Part shown: piece by piece, positions 46,671 to 57,596 of the stretch
Numbering within the stretch: position 1 is the first letter of the stretch
Layout: each line of letters begins with the position of its first letter
Assembly: GCA_973895155.1 (NCBI GenBank)
Contig: OZ316898.1
Location: 17,846,752 to 17,910,751 of the forward strand
Length of the DNA stretch: 64,000 nucleotides
Source: Marsupella aquatica
Taxonomy: Eukaryota; Plantae; Marchantiophyta
Direction: 5' to 3'
Translations under genes and position numbers: made by a program
The notes under the pieces: model-generated
Told to the model about the DNA's origin: nothing
What the model saw: the letters and a program-made list of their open reading frames with translations, nothing else
Databases searched by the model: none

Positions 46671-49600
46671 TCAATACAAGTGGACTCTGGCTTGGAAAAG
46701 GTAGTTTGAGGGTAGTACCTTGATCAGGTAAGCTCTTTGAAGCCTTACAGCTTTCTTGCACGCTACTTTTGCATCCACTTTTCCAGTAGTTTCATTCAAA
46801 AGCTGCAGACATGGCAACAGCAAAGCCAACCGAGGGCGTCAATTCCTTTGAATCCAACCCATTCAAACCCAGAGTTGTTTTCCGTATTTCCAAATGTGAT
46901 TTTCATCACTTTCAAACAGAATGCCAGGTCTTCCAAATGTAGTACCTTAACAACGTCATCAAGGCCATTAGTGCCTTTCAAAAGTCTTCGCCGCTGCATT
47001 TTGAATATAGCAGCCATGCAGAACACGGCCAATGGTGCATTCGCTGCCGGGATTTTAGAATTTCCATATTTCAGACTCTGCTGCCCGAATTTACCACTGA
47101 AGTTATAGAGTTGCTTTTCTTTCAAAACCGGGTTGGACTGCCTCGGAGTGAACTCTGAAGCCCACATCATCTGCACCACGACGCGTCTGAGATTGTTAAG
47201 ACCACATGTAAAATGGACAGATTAATTATCTCGAAAGTCGAGTGCAAACGGAAGAATTTTGTAAACGATTCTGCAAAGGAGGAAGAGTAGCACGCAAAGA
47301 GCAGATTCCAAGCACAATGCTCACCTCCCACAAATAAAGAGTGTCTGCAAAAGAGAACTCACGCCGGAAAATAACCATCACCATTCTAAAAGCAAAGATG
47401 TAATTCCCTCCTCCAAGTTCCTCTGTGTAACAGTTTATGGAGAGTAAAAACGAGTCACTTGTGCATTCCTCAGTAACATGACATGGTAGGATTGAAAGCG
47501 ACTTCTCCAAGATAAGACCAAAGCTACATCTAGAAGATGTGCACTGGCAAACAAAGTTACTCGAACATATCTCTAATTCTGGTCATTGGTACTAAGGGCT
47601 TTCACGTCATTCCTCGTCGCGAAAAAAACGAGATGGCTTGACAAGATAATTGACACCAGTAGAGGCCATTCCATTTGCATTGCCCTACCAAGATGCTGGT
47701 GGACCTTCGGATCCATGACCTTGACGATAGTTGCTAAATTATCCAGCTGTTTCTGTACCCCCACTTCGGTTTCCGTGCAGACGAAGTTCGGCCTCTGTTT
47801 CACAGGAACCATTGAAATGGTCAAGCATGATTGCTATTGAACCAATCTGGACATTAGAATTGAGTCCTGGAGGGCCAATTTATGACCAATTACAGGAAAA
47901 ACTAAACAGAAAACAAATCCTTTGACAGGAGACTTATGAGGCAAGTCGGAAGAGCGTCACACACCACACGAGCCATCAAATGCTGAAAACACCAGAATGC
48001 GTCAGCTTCATTTGGGCATAGCAAAACCATTGGAGAGCACAGGTCGCTCATTCCTACACATTTTCCCACGTGACCAATTAAGTCCCATAAAGCCAGAACC
48101 TCTATTAAGAAAAAGGGTGCCATAGTACATTCTTATCCGCAAAACACGTGGCTTTTGTTGTGCAAGAACCCCACTAAATAATTTACGAACTCTCACAATT
48201 CAAACTCAATTGCCATTTCCAAAACGACACGTCTGGAAAATATAAGAAAACAATTGTGTGAATTACCTTGACAATATCCGATTTCTGGATCATACCAAGC
48301 ATAAACTGCCAGAATGTCCCACAGAGTCGATCGATTCTGCATGTTTTCATAAAATTTAAGCATCCGGTCCGTTCGCTCTACATCCAGGCCTATCCATACA
48401 CATTGTCAAACAATGTTGTCACCAGCTTTCACGTTGATGGCAGTGTGGTTTTTACAAATACAAGTAACCAACCCCGATTATATGAATCCCTTAAGAAGGA
48501 CTCGAAGATCATGGTCACTGCAACATATTTCATCACTCTACATAAATAGTTAAGATACTTTGAAAAATTTCCAAATGAAACTGACAATCACACACTATTT
48601 AGGCAGTTGCTAAACAAAGTACCAATTCAAATAAATCCCTGCAAGACGAGACTGGTAACTTACCAATTTGGTGCAGGGTCAACTTCCAGGCCCTGATTTT
48701 TTCATTATAGTCAGCATGCCCATTGGCTTCCTCCCAGCCTCCTTCAGTTGAGTCTGGGCTTTCCTCTCTGATAGACAATTCCACATCAGAGAACCAATAT
48801 CAACAGAGATCCAAGGAATTTGATTGGGCGTAAGATATTGGCTATATCAAAAACCCCAACTGGAATGTTCAGAAGGACGCACGACCAAGAAAGATGTGTA
48901 GCTTGCCAGACCTCTCCTTGTTTACATTTCTCCTTCGGAGACCGCTCTCCTGAGCGGCTTTGACTTCAGGACCATTCTCCGACAGTCGAGCTGCAGTTAC
49001 TACCTGCCCACTGCCAACAGCGGAATCCATGGACATGCATGACTCCTTAAGCTTTTCATACTCCCTCCTGAAGTCAGTGACAAGAGTCAGAACATTTCCT
49101 TTCTTTTAACAGAAACCCTCTAATATGGCAATGAGGCATCAAAGGCACGAATGCAGCACTTGCACAAAAAATGACTCAGGAATGCGAGAGTAGTCTATAA
49201 ATATTGGATGGAAATCGTAGCATACCAGGAAACACAAAGAAGAGGAAGCACCTGCGAATAGCTCGTAGAGCATTGCGAGCCTCCGGGCTACTCTCAGGGG
49301 TGAAGCATCCCAGAAGGAATTCCCATACTACACCCCTTATCGATGGATGAACACCCTGCTCTCCCAAACACCGCGAGCCCAATGAGACTCGCCACGGCAT
49401 AAAACCCTCACCAACGACGCTCCCAGTGACCGCTATGAGTAAACATTATCCATCCGACAAGCCTCGGATCCGCGAATATAGCAGGAGATGGACAAGCAGG
49501 CAAGCAGGATATTACCAGTAACAGGCTCGAGAATTTGATTCTTCGTTTATAGTAAGATCGACACCTCAAAATGTCTACGATCCAATCATTCAATCAACTT

Positions 49601-50344
49601 TGATCTTTAATTCAGAGAATGGTATCCTCACCCCTTTTTGAATCCGCTTGATCACTCTGGCGAAGTCAAGCTGTCCATGTTCATCGAAAGCCGATTGCCA
49701 TGCCCTCGGACTCAATCTCTTTCCGACCTGCTTGATATGCATGCCACCGCTGAAAACTCAGACCACCGCGTTTTGAGCAAGACACAGGCAGAGAAATAGA
49801 TCGATGCAAATGCTGTGTGCCAAAGGTAGAAGCGAGGGACGAGTGAGAAAGGGAGAAGGAGAAGGAGAAGGAAAAGGGAAGGGGAATGCAAAGGTCTTCT
49901 ATTGACAGGGTCAGGACGTCCACGGCCTACGCAACAAAATAAACACCCGAGAGCAGAAAACCAGGATTTCTCAAGATTTGATTAAATCTAACTCTTCCTC
50001 TTGAAGGACGGACACAATTTTCTTATCACGCAGGCAAGGACACGTCTTACCAATTCCAGTACCATCCATTTATCTATCCATCCATCCATCTTCGTTGGTT
50101 AGTGAGCTTCTGTAAATCGTATCCCCCTAGGGAGTAATGTTATCCAGTGGACAAACAAAGAGATGTATGAACAGATTGACAGATCTGTCCGTGACCCAGT
50201 ACTTAAACTGCATACAAATTTCACCTTAGGGCGGAACCGACTAGGAGTAGTCTCAGGGACGTCAGGACGAAGGGGGTAATGCGAGTCCAAATCTTCTGTG
50301 ACTCGCTTGCCTCTGGCACGGAATCTTCCGATGGCCGTCGACAT
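46671..50344 (-). CDS. TBC-domain Rab GTPase-activating protein (Gyp7/TBC1D15-like), ~11 exons; 3' end uncertain
   Basis: LSPRAWQSAFDEHGQLD, GVHPSIRGVVWEFLLGCF, LHQIGLDVERTDR (Arg finger), GYCQGMSDLCSPM (Gln finger), EADAFWCF, FAFRMVMVIFRREFSFADTLYLWEMMWA. GT-AG junctions on the minus strand. Confidence 0.93.
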
Positions 50345-50994
50345 CACTCCATCCACGTCGTCCTCCCCTACTCGTACTCGTCCTCCCCCTCGACTTCCTT
50401 AATCCGTCTCCTCCATTCGATTCATCAAACTAACACATTGTTACATTCACACCATCCCATCTCCGCGCTCTAAACTGCTTCATCCTCCTTCGTCTCCTCT
50501 TTCCCATTCCCGATTTCAAATCATCCCACAATCCACATTCTTAATTCCGTCCTCCTCCTCCCGTCGCTTCTCCATCGACTCCATTGCAACATCTATTCTT
50601 CCATCATCCTCCATCGCAGACCATCTCACGCCGAGAAACTCCACCAAATCACCATCCGCCTGTTCAAACGAAGAGGCAGTGCAAGCCGAACACCATTCTC
50701 TGCGCCGTGCTTCTCTATTCTGTTCTCCAGCTGCTGCTAAACTAAACTCGTGCGTCATCAGGTCGAATCAAATCGATCTCGTTCAAATCTTCGTGGAGGG
50801 ACGACGATTGCCAGCATTCCCGCTCCACCCTCTTTCGTAGCATGTACGACCTCCTCCGCGTCATCGTGCACTCGCACTCGCATCATCACCGACGAGACGC
50901 TGCACTCACTATTCCACGAGGCCTTCGCATCCGTCTGTGTGTCCTCCACTGTGTTTGGACTCTTCGTCGTTGCTCCGCCTCTTTTACGCTCTGC

Positions 50995-51135
50995 CCCTCT
51001 GTTTCTACTCTGTTTTCTTCTCTGCTTCTTCTCTGTTCTACTCTGCTTTTTCTCTGTTTCTACTCTGCTTTTTCTCTGTTTCTACTCTGCTTCTTCTCTG
51101 TTTCTACTCTGCTTCTTCTCTGTTTCTTCTCTGTT
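50995..51135. repeat. CT-rich minisatellite (~22-25 bp unit) upstream of the TBC gene
   Basis: ttctctgtttctactctgct(t/c)t repeated ~6 times. Confidence 0.9.
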
Positions 51136-51318
51136 TCGTCTCAGCGCTCTTTGGAAAGTACTAAGCGAGTCGGGCTCTACTACTGTAGTCACTACTTTAC
51201 CACAGTACTGTGGTCCGTCACTGTAGTGGTCGTGTCGTCTCCGGGTTCGGCTGACTCACTCAGGACTGCGCTACTTCCCCCCCCTAACTGTAGACTAGGG
51301 TGGGGGGTATCAACTATG

Positions 51319-51485
51319 GAGAGACATAATTGATGGACCCCTAAATTGAAAAGCCTTACTTGCTGGGTTCCATGAGCCCCCTGAGGTTTTGGGTAAGTTG
51401 ATTAATGTTTATCAGAGTGTCTGGATCACTGGTGGGTCCATTAAGTAACATTTTGCATTTTGGAGGTCCATCAAGTTTAGGGTCC
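51319..51485. mobile_element. MULE-type MITE, 167 bp
   Basis: TSD TCAACTATG / TCAAATATG (8/9); TIR core TTGATGGACCCCTAAATTGAAAA / TTTTGCATTTTGGAGGTCCATCAA. Confidence 0.75.
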
Positions 51486-51978
51486 TCAAATATGACAGTC
51501 TCATGCTAGTCCGGGTTAGTTTTGGACAGATTGCACTCAGAAATGTGTGGCCCTCCCAAAGCCTAGCCCGCCCGCACATTTGTGTCATGGGATTTTTTTA
51601 TTTCCCGCTGGCCAGCCAACAACCCCCCCCCCCCCCAAAAAAAAAAAAATCAAAAAATCAAAAAAAATCAAAAAAATTCAAAACATGTGGGCACTGGTCA
51701 AACTCACTTGTAGGCCAGATTACCAGCAATGGCCCTATCCCCCTGGAAGAGCAAATGAGACCCCCTTGTAATCTCTCTCTCTCTCTCTCTCTCAGAGCCG
51801 TCATGTTTGCTTTTGTTTTTTGTTAGGCTAGGGTGATTATGCGTTCCTTGAACAAAAATAGAGGGGAGGACAAAAAAGTATCTTGCCAAAAAAAAAGGTG
51901 AGGGTTCCTTTTTCATCTCTCCCCCTTCTATGCTTTTGTCTCTACACCATCACTTTTAATTATGCCTTGAGAAGTTAA

Positions 51979-52493
51979 GGTCTAGAGGCTTCACTCTAGA
52001 CAATAGACTTTCAAAGTAGTTTTCCAGTGTGAATGACTAGTAAGATTTCCACTGGTGGGTGATGCTTGGTTACTTTTCACTGTTGCTCCTGTTTTGCCCC
52101 TGCCCTCAGTCATGACTGGATGTGTTGTCATTGAGTGGCTGTTGGTCCTTGACTGTTTGTGGTCTGGTCTGGCCGGTTATTCTTTGTTTTACTGGGTCTT
52201 ACTTGTCTCATGAGTAAAATGCTCCTTTCGAGAAAAAAAAAGACTGCAGTACTTTCCCACATTACTGTAGTAATAATTGTATTTGTGCAAATTTGTGTAC
52301 TTAATGCCCTTGTGATTTTTCCCTTTGTATTACAGTACATTCTTGGAGAAGAATGCCCCGTCAAGATTTGTATCACCTCTTCACGACGATTCTCCTCTAC
52401 TTTTACTTACATTGGTAAAAATTAATTGCTTCAGGCCTTCAAGTGATCAATGCTAAGACAAGGGCCTAAGGTCTAGAGTGAAGCCTCTAGACC
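51979..52493. mobile_element. 515-bp element bounded by perfect 23-bp inverted repeats (MITE-like)
   Basis: GGTCTAGAGGCTTCACTCTAGAC (51979-52001) and GTCTAGAGTGAAGCCTCTAGACC (52471-52493). No TSD found. Confidence 0.55.
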
Positions 52494-54559
52494 AGGACTG
52501 GGGCCCAGGTATGGTTGGGGTGGAATTGGAAACAGGCATGGATGAATACTCACCATCTATTTATAAGCAAAGCTTAGGCACTCTGGCTAGTAATAATGAA
52601 TTAATAACATGTTGGTGATCAACCTAGTAAAATGACGTTCCAAAAAACTTGGGCTTGAAAGAATATGGAAGAAGGAGAGTTCCCACATGGAAATTTTTAT
52701 ATGAGGCAAAATGCTATGGAAAAAGTGTTTTTCTCTAGAAATAATTGTGAACACATGTTTGGACTAGGTATCAACAACTACTGCAAAAGCTGCACTTGGC
52801 TGGGAAAAATTAAAAATCACCACTGACAACAGTCTGAAAGCAACAATACCTTATAGGGATCCAGATTGCACCTGTCAAGATTGAAAAGCACATTAAATTC
52901 ACTTCTGATTATCAATCACTTCCTATCCTCATTATTTATTGTCATAAAAGGTTTTATCAGTGTGACCTACTCATTGCCTGCACGTTGCACAAAGTACTCT
53001 TGATGAGGAATGTAGTCCACATAGAAGATTCCCCATTCTCCTCAGCCCACCCCTTCCCCTCCCAAGTCCATGAAATCTTGCCAAATCCTTTTCTCAATAT
53101 CCTCCCCTCCAATCTCTTTCGCCCCCCCCCCCCCCTTTTTGCAAAAGGGTTGACATTCAAAGTAGTGCATGTCACATTCCCCCTGGACTAGGGTCCTAGT
53201 GACATAAGTGAGAAACCTGAAATCCCATGTTAAACCCAAGGACATTCCAAGGTTGAGACGCAACAGGCACCTAGGATCCCTTGCTAAACAAGAGATCCCA
53301 GTCAAAAACCCAAATATGCCTGGATATACAGCTAGCCACCGCCCCTTGGTCCACCGTTTACCTCTCACTAAGAAATCGAGATTGTACTAGTTTAGATGGT
53401 TTTTTGTGCCCTTTTCAGTCAGAGGTCTTGCCAGATGAGGCAAAACCGAGGCAGATGGAAATGCTTAATAGTCAACTTTGGACTAAGCTGGTTTGTCTTG
53501 AGTATGATTTTTGAGGCTGAGGCTGCTATACACGGCCGAACACTCTTTGGCTATCTTGTCTTATTAAAATTGCTCGTAATGTATTTTTGTATTAATCTGG
53601 TCTAATGTATACTCTTGGGATGTATTATTTGGAGTTTAGTCATTTCTTCCAGCCCCTTTAAATTTATCCTTTAGTTTATAGGTTCCTTATACTTTAATTG
53701 ACATTTCAAGGGCATTCTTCCTTACTTGCATGAGAAAGTTTGACCCTTCAATCCGGCAAACAATCAAGCAAGCTCCTCCAAATAGAGCAGAAAATTAGGG
53801 AACAAAATGAAGAGGGCGTACTTCTGTTTGAATCACAAAGTATTGTACCACTTCACTTTTAAAAACTAAGGTGTGCAGTTTTTCCATTAACTTTCTTTTA
53901 AACCATTCTTTCAATACTTTGAAATAGGATATGATAGCTTGTGTTTCATACTAGTCAAATTAAATACATGTGAATCACATAGAATATATTTTATTGTGAA
54001 GAAGTTAAAATAGCTCTATCTTAGAACGGGCCAGTTATATCTCGAGATGCAATGTGCTTACTCCCAATCGCAAAACAACATTATATAAATTGTTGAACAC
54101 AGCATTTTATATATATGCCTTGTCCCTTAGAGGACATGCATGTCCTTTCCAGGCATCATTTGATTAGTTTGGAGTTTGCTTTTGCCCTTTTCTTTTGTGT
54201 TCGTGTTTGTCCTGTTCCCTCTGAACCTTGCTTGCTTTTACTCTTGCATCTTGTTGGGTCCTTTATATATATCAATTGATCTCACTTTTCTCACTTATTT
54301 TACTTGTGCTTGTCAATGTCCTTTTATCTTGTACTTTATTTGGCCCTTTATATATAGAGCGATATTTTTACACATAATTTTAAGTATGATTGTCAATGTC
54401 CCTTTTTACCTTATTAGAATATGTTTGTAGGACTGTTGACCACAAAGGCACCAAGGTCATGTGGGCGTCGTTCTGTTCAACTGCTAGATAATTGAGATTG
54501 TCATGTGCAAGTCCATCTATCCTCACGGCTGGACTTTTTCTCTTCATAAAAATCAAGCT

Positions 54560-55365
54560 GCCACATCGAACAGGTATCAAGAACATTCCTGCCAAAACCC
54601 TTTTGGTGCCCTCTCTGTCCCACGGGATGGCCGACCAAAATAGGACTAGTTTTAGCCCCACAAAGTTTCATTGAGCTGGTAGCAATAAGCATCCATCTCC
54701 AGTAGTGGGCCCTTACTCGATAACATTTGAATCATCCAGCAGAAAAGCTTGAGATATATTCAACATTTGCCACATCGAACAGGTGTCAAGAACATTCCTG
54801 CCAAACCATTCTGGTGCCCTCTCTGTCCCACACCAAAATAGGAATAGTGTTAGTCCCACAAAGTTGCATTGAAATGGTAGCAATTAACCATCCATCTCCA
54901 GTAGTGGGCCCCTACTCGCCAAACATTTGAATCATTCATCAGAAAAGCTGGAAATATATTCAACATTTGCATCATAAGGAAGATTTCTGCGAAAACCATT
55001 TTGGTGCCCTCTCTGTCCCACGGGATGCCTGACCAAAATAGGAATAGTTTTAGTCCCACAAATTTGCATTGAGCTGGTAGCAATTAACATCCATCTCCAG
55101 TAGTGGGCCCCTACTCGCCAAACATTTGAATCATCCAGCAGAGAAGCTTGAGACATATTCAACATTTGTCACATCGAACAAGTGTCAAGAACATTCCTGC
55201 GAAAATTACTTTGGCGCCCTCTCTGTCCCACGGGATGGCTGACCAAAGTATGAATAGTCTCAGTCCCACAAAGTTGCATTGAGCTGGTAGCAATTAAGCA
55301 TTTATCGGCATTAGTGGGCCCCTGCTCGCCAAACATTTGAATCATCCAGCAGAAAAGCTGGAGAT
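54560..55365. repeat. Tandem array of four ~200-210 bp units
   Basis: cacatcgaaca...aagaacattcctg...gccctctctgtcccacgggatg...gagctggtagcaat...agtgggccc...aacatttgaatcatccagcag recurs at ~54560, 54770, 54970 and 55170. Confidence 0.95.
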
Positions 55366-55949
55366 TTATCGAACAGTCAAACAGATAACTGAAAGGACCA
55401 TATGACCGTATCACCTTTAAAGAAAGTTTACAAAGTCTAAAACCCCGCAAATCGGAACTTCTACACTATCGTATGCCACCTATTACAGAAATTTACAAGC
55501 CTCATGAGGGATAACTGAACAGCAATGGCAAAGACAACATATGACAACAATTAGTCGATTCAGAGGTCATGAAAGACAGGTACTGCAGACCTCAACAACT
55601 TGTTGTCTATCACTAGTAGAACACTGGAGCCTCGAAAGACTGAGTCACGACACTTCTGTATAATTATGTAATTCCTTCTTTCCAACCGATTTTTTTTCTT
55701 TCAGATCCTGCTTATTAAGCTCTCTTGGGATTCGTCTCCAACTTCCACAATCCAGATGGGGACCGAAGGCCCTAAAATCTTGCCCTGGTGCTGTCATTTA
55801 TAACCCCGACCTACTAGTGCGAAATGTAATATTGATTTATGGCTTGAAAAAGTAAAGTCTTATATACATCTATGCATAATGCTGCAAGCGGCCTAGTTTC
55901 TGCAGAACAGAGTGAACAAGAAGTCAGATCTTTAAGTCCTTTGGAAGAG

Positions 55950-56600
55950 AGGTGGAGGTCCATTTGAGGGGCGAACCGCTTAATTTTACCTGCAAACATT
56001 ATCAACACCAAAGACACGACCTGTGAAGTATTTCCGGTATGATCTTACTTCAGTCAACCGGTATCATCTAATTTCAGTGCAGCCAATGTTGTTGTGTACG
56101 GGAAATGAAGTATGAACACCACTTTCAACACGTCCTTGATTGACGTGCAGAGCTAGTCATTCAGGTAACTCGCATTCGATTGCTTTCAAGGTCCATAATA
56201 GTTCGTGAAAACAATCCCAACGTGCCCAGATACTGCCCAACTTGCCTCAAGCACTGCGTACTGTCCATGATATGAGTCAGCGGTGGCTCGTGACGAAGTA
56301 GCAACACTTGGAGAGCTTCAACACCTTTCTCTTCATTCTACCCAATTCGCTCTAGAAATTTCTTGATTCCTTAGCAATTTCCAACTACCAACTTATCAAA
56401 GAAGTAGAACTTACTTCAGAATCCCAGTAGCTCTGCCAGTTTCTTCCTGTGTAGAGGGTCTCTGTCCAGTTAGCTATCTGTCCAGTTAGCTACCAGCAAA
56501 GCTTGCTTTAGACATGCAGGTAAGGAATTTTGCGTCAACAACACATTGCCACACCCAGGGCAGATTCCATTTTTCCCCAGCTCAGGAGCACAACTTTTCG
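55950..56600 (-). pseudogene. Decayed coding-like segment, paralogous to 63290-63810
   Basis: Shared blocks: tcatctaatttcagtg...tgttgtgtacgggaaa; ttcaaggtccat; gtgccca.atactg; caattcgctctag; tctgccagtttcttcctgtgtagaggg; ggtaaggaattttgcgtca. Confidence 0.5.
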
Positions 56601-57596
56601 AGTAAGAAGCTGGGGAGCACTTTGACATCATTGGCGTGGACTCATTATTCCTCTGAGTAGTGAACTGATTGAAATTCTCGAGTGCCATAGTCCCGTAGCC
56701 TATACGAAGAAGGGGAAAAGAATCTGTCAACTGTTTTGAAGTACCCATCGTGGCCGGAAAATAGATTCAATGACCGAATGAAAGACGTGCAATGAGAATT
56801 CATGGAATGAATCGATAGTTTAAAATTCGGAGCCAGTTCTTATTGAAAGTAGGCAGCAACAAGAGGGCCAAGCATAGCAACATCAAGTTATTAATCAACG
56901 AGCACCAACTTCCGCTTGATCCAAGCAGAGTTGGATTTGGAGCCCAACCGAACTGGAAATAGAGCTTGAATTCCAATCTTTTGGCGGGCTCGCCGATCAT
57001 GTTTCGGACACGTCCGACAGACAGGTTTGAAGAAAGAGAATTTGTTGTTTGTCTGATTGGTATTTTGAGGACTTGCAGTGGGAGGGATGGAGTTGGGGTC
57101 GGAGGGTCCTGCCGAAAGCGATAAGATGGTCCAACTACAGTCCACAAAGCATTCAACAGTCCACCTGCAATCGAGAAAGGAACAAAACAGGAGCATGGGC
57201 CCGTTGTAAAGCCAATGTCACTACTATGACAAATAAGACATGTTTCCACACACGTCCCCAATGACTTCCTGGAATGCGAGATATTCTTGAACAAATCCTG
57301 GTAAGAAATATTTTCAGAACTTTCGAGCGCAGTAGACATAATCCACCCTGAAGTGCTAGTTTGCATTGAATTCTGTTGTAGACCTCAACTTTCTTGACTG
57401 GAATCTACAAGGCCAGTCAATTTTCTCTCCAGGTAAGGAGTAAACCTATCTTTTCTAGCGTCCTTCCTCATATATGGCTGAGATCCCAATGGACGCCCAG
57501 GCCGTTTCCAGAGTGCTTGCTCCACATCCTCAATCAATCTGATATCCTATGGCTGCAACCTCAATTCGAAATTTGTCTCAACTTGTTCTGGCCGTC

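Noticed and set aside
50750-51333. Hydrophobic membrane-protein-like ORFs
   Set aside because: Translation of the CT-rich minisatellite.
52500-53100. Possible LINE 3' remnant, also at 61770-62700
   Set aside because: Only a weak EHMF-like hint; no RT core motif or clear poly(A)/TSD.
560-55365. Tandem arrays as CRISPR-like loci
   Set aside because: Whole units repeat without unique spacers, there are no cas genes, and the context is eukaryotic.
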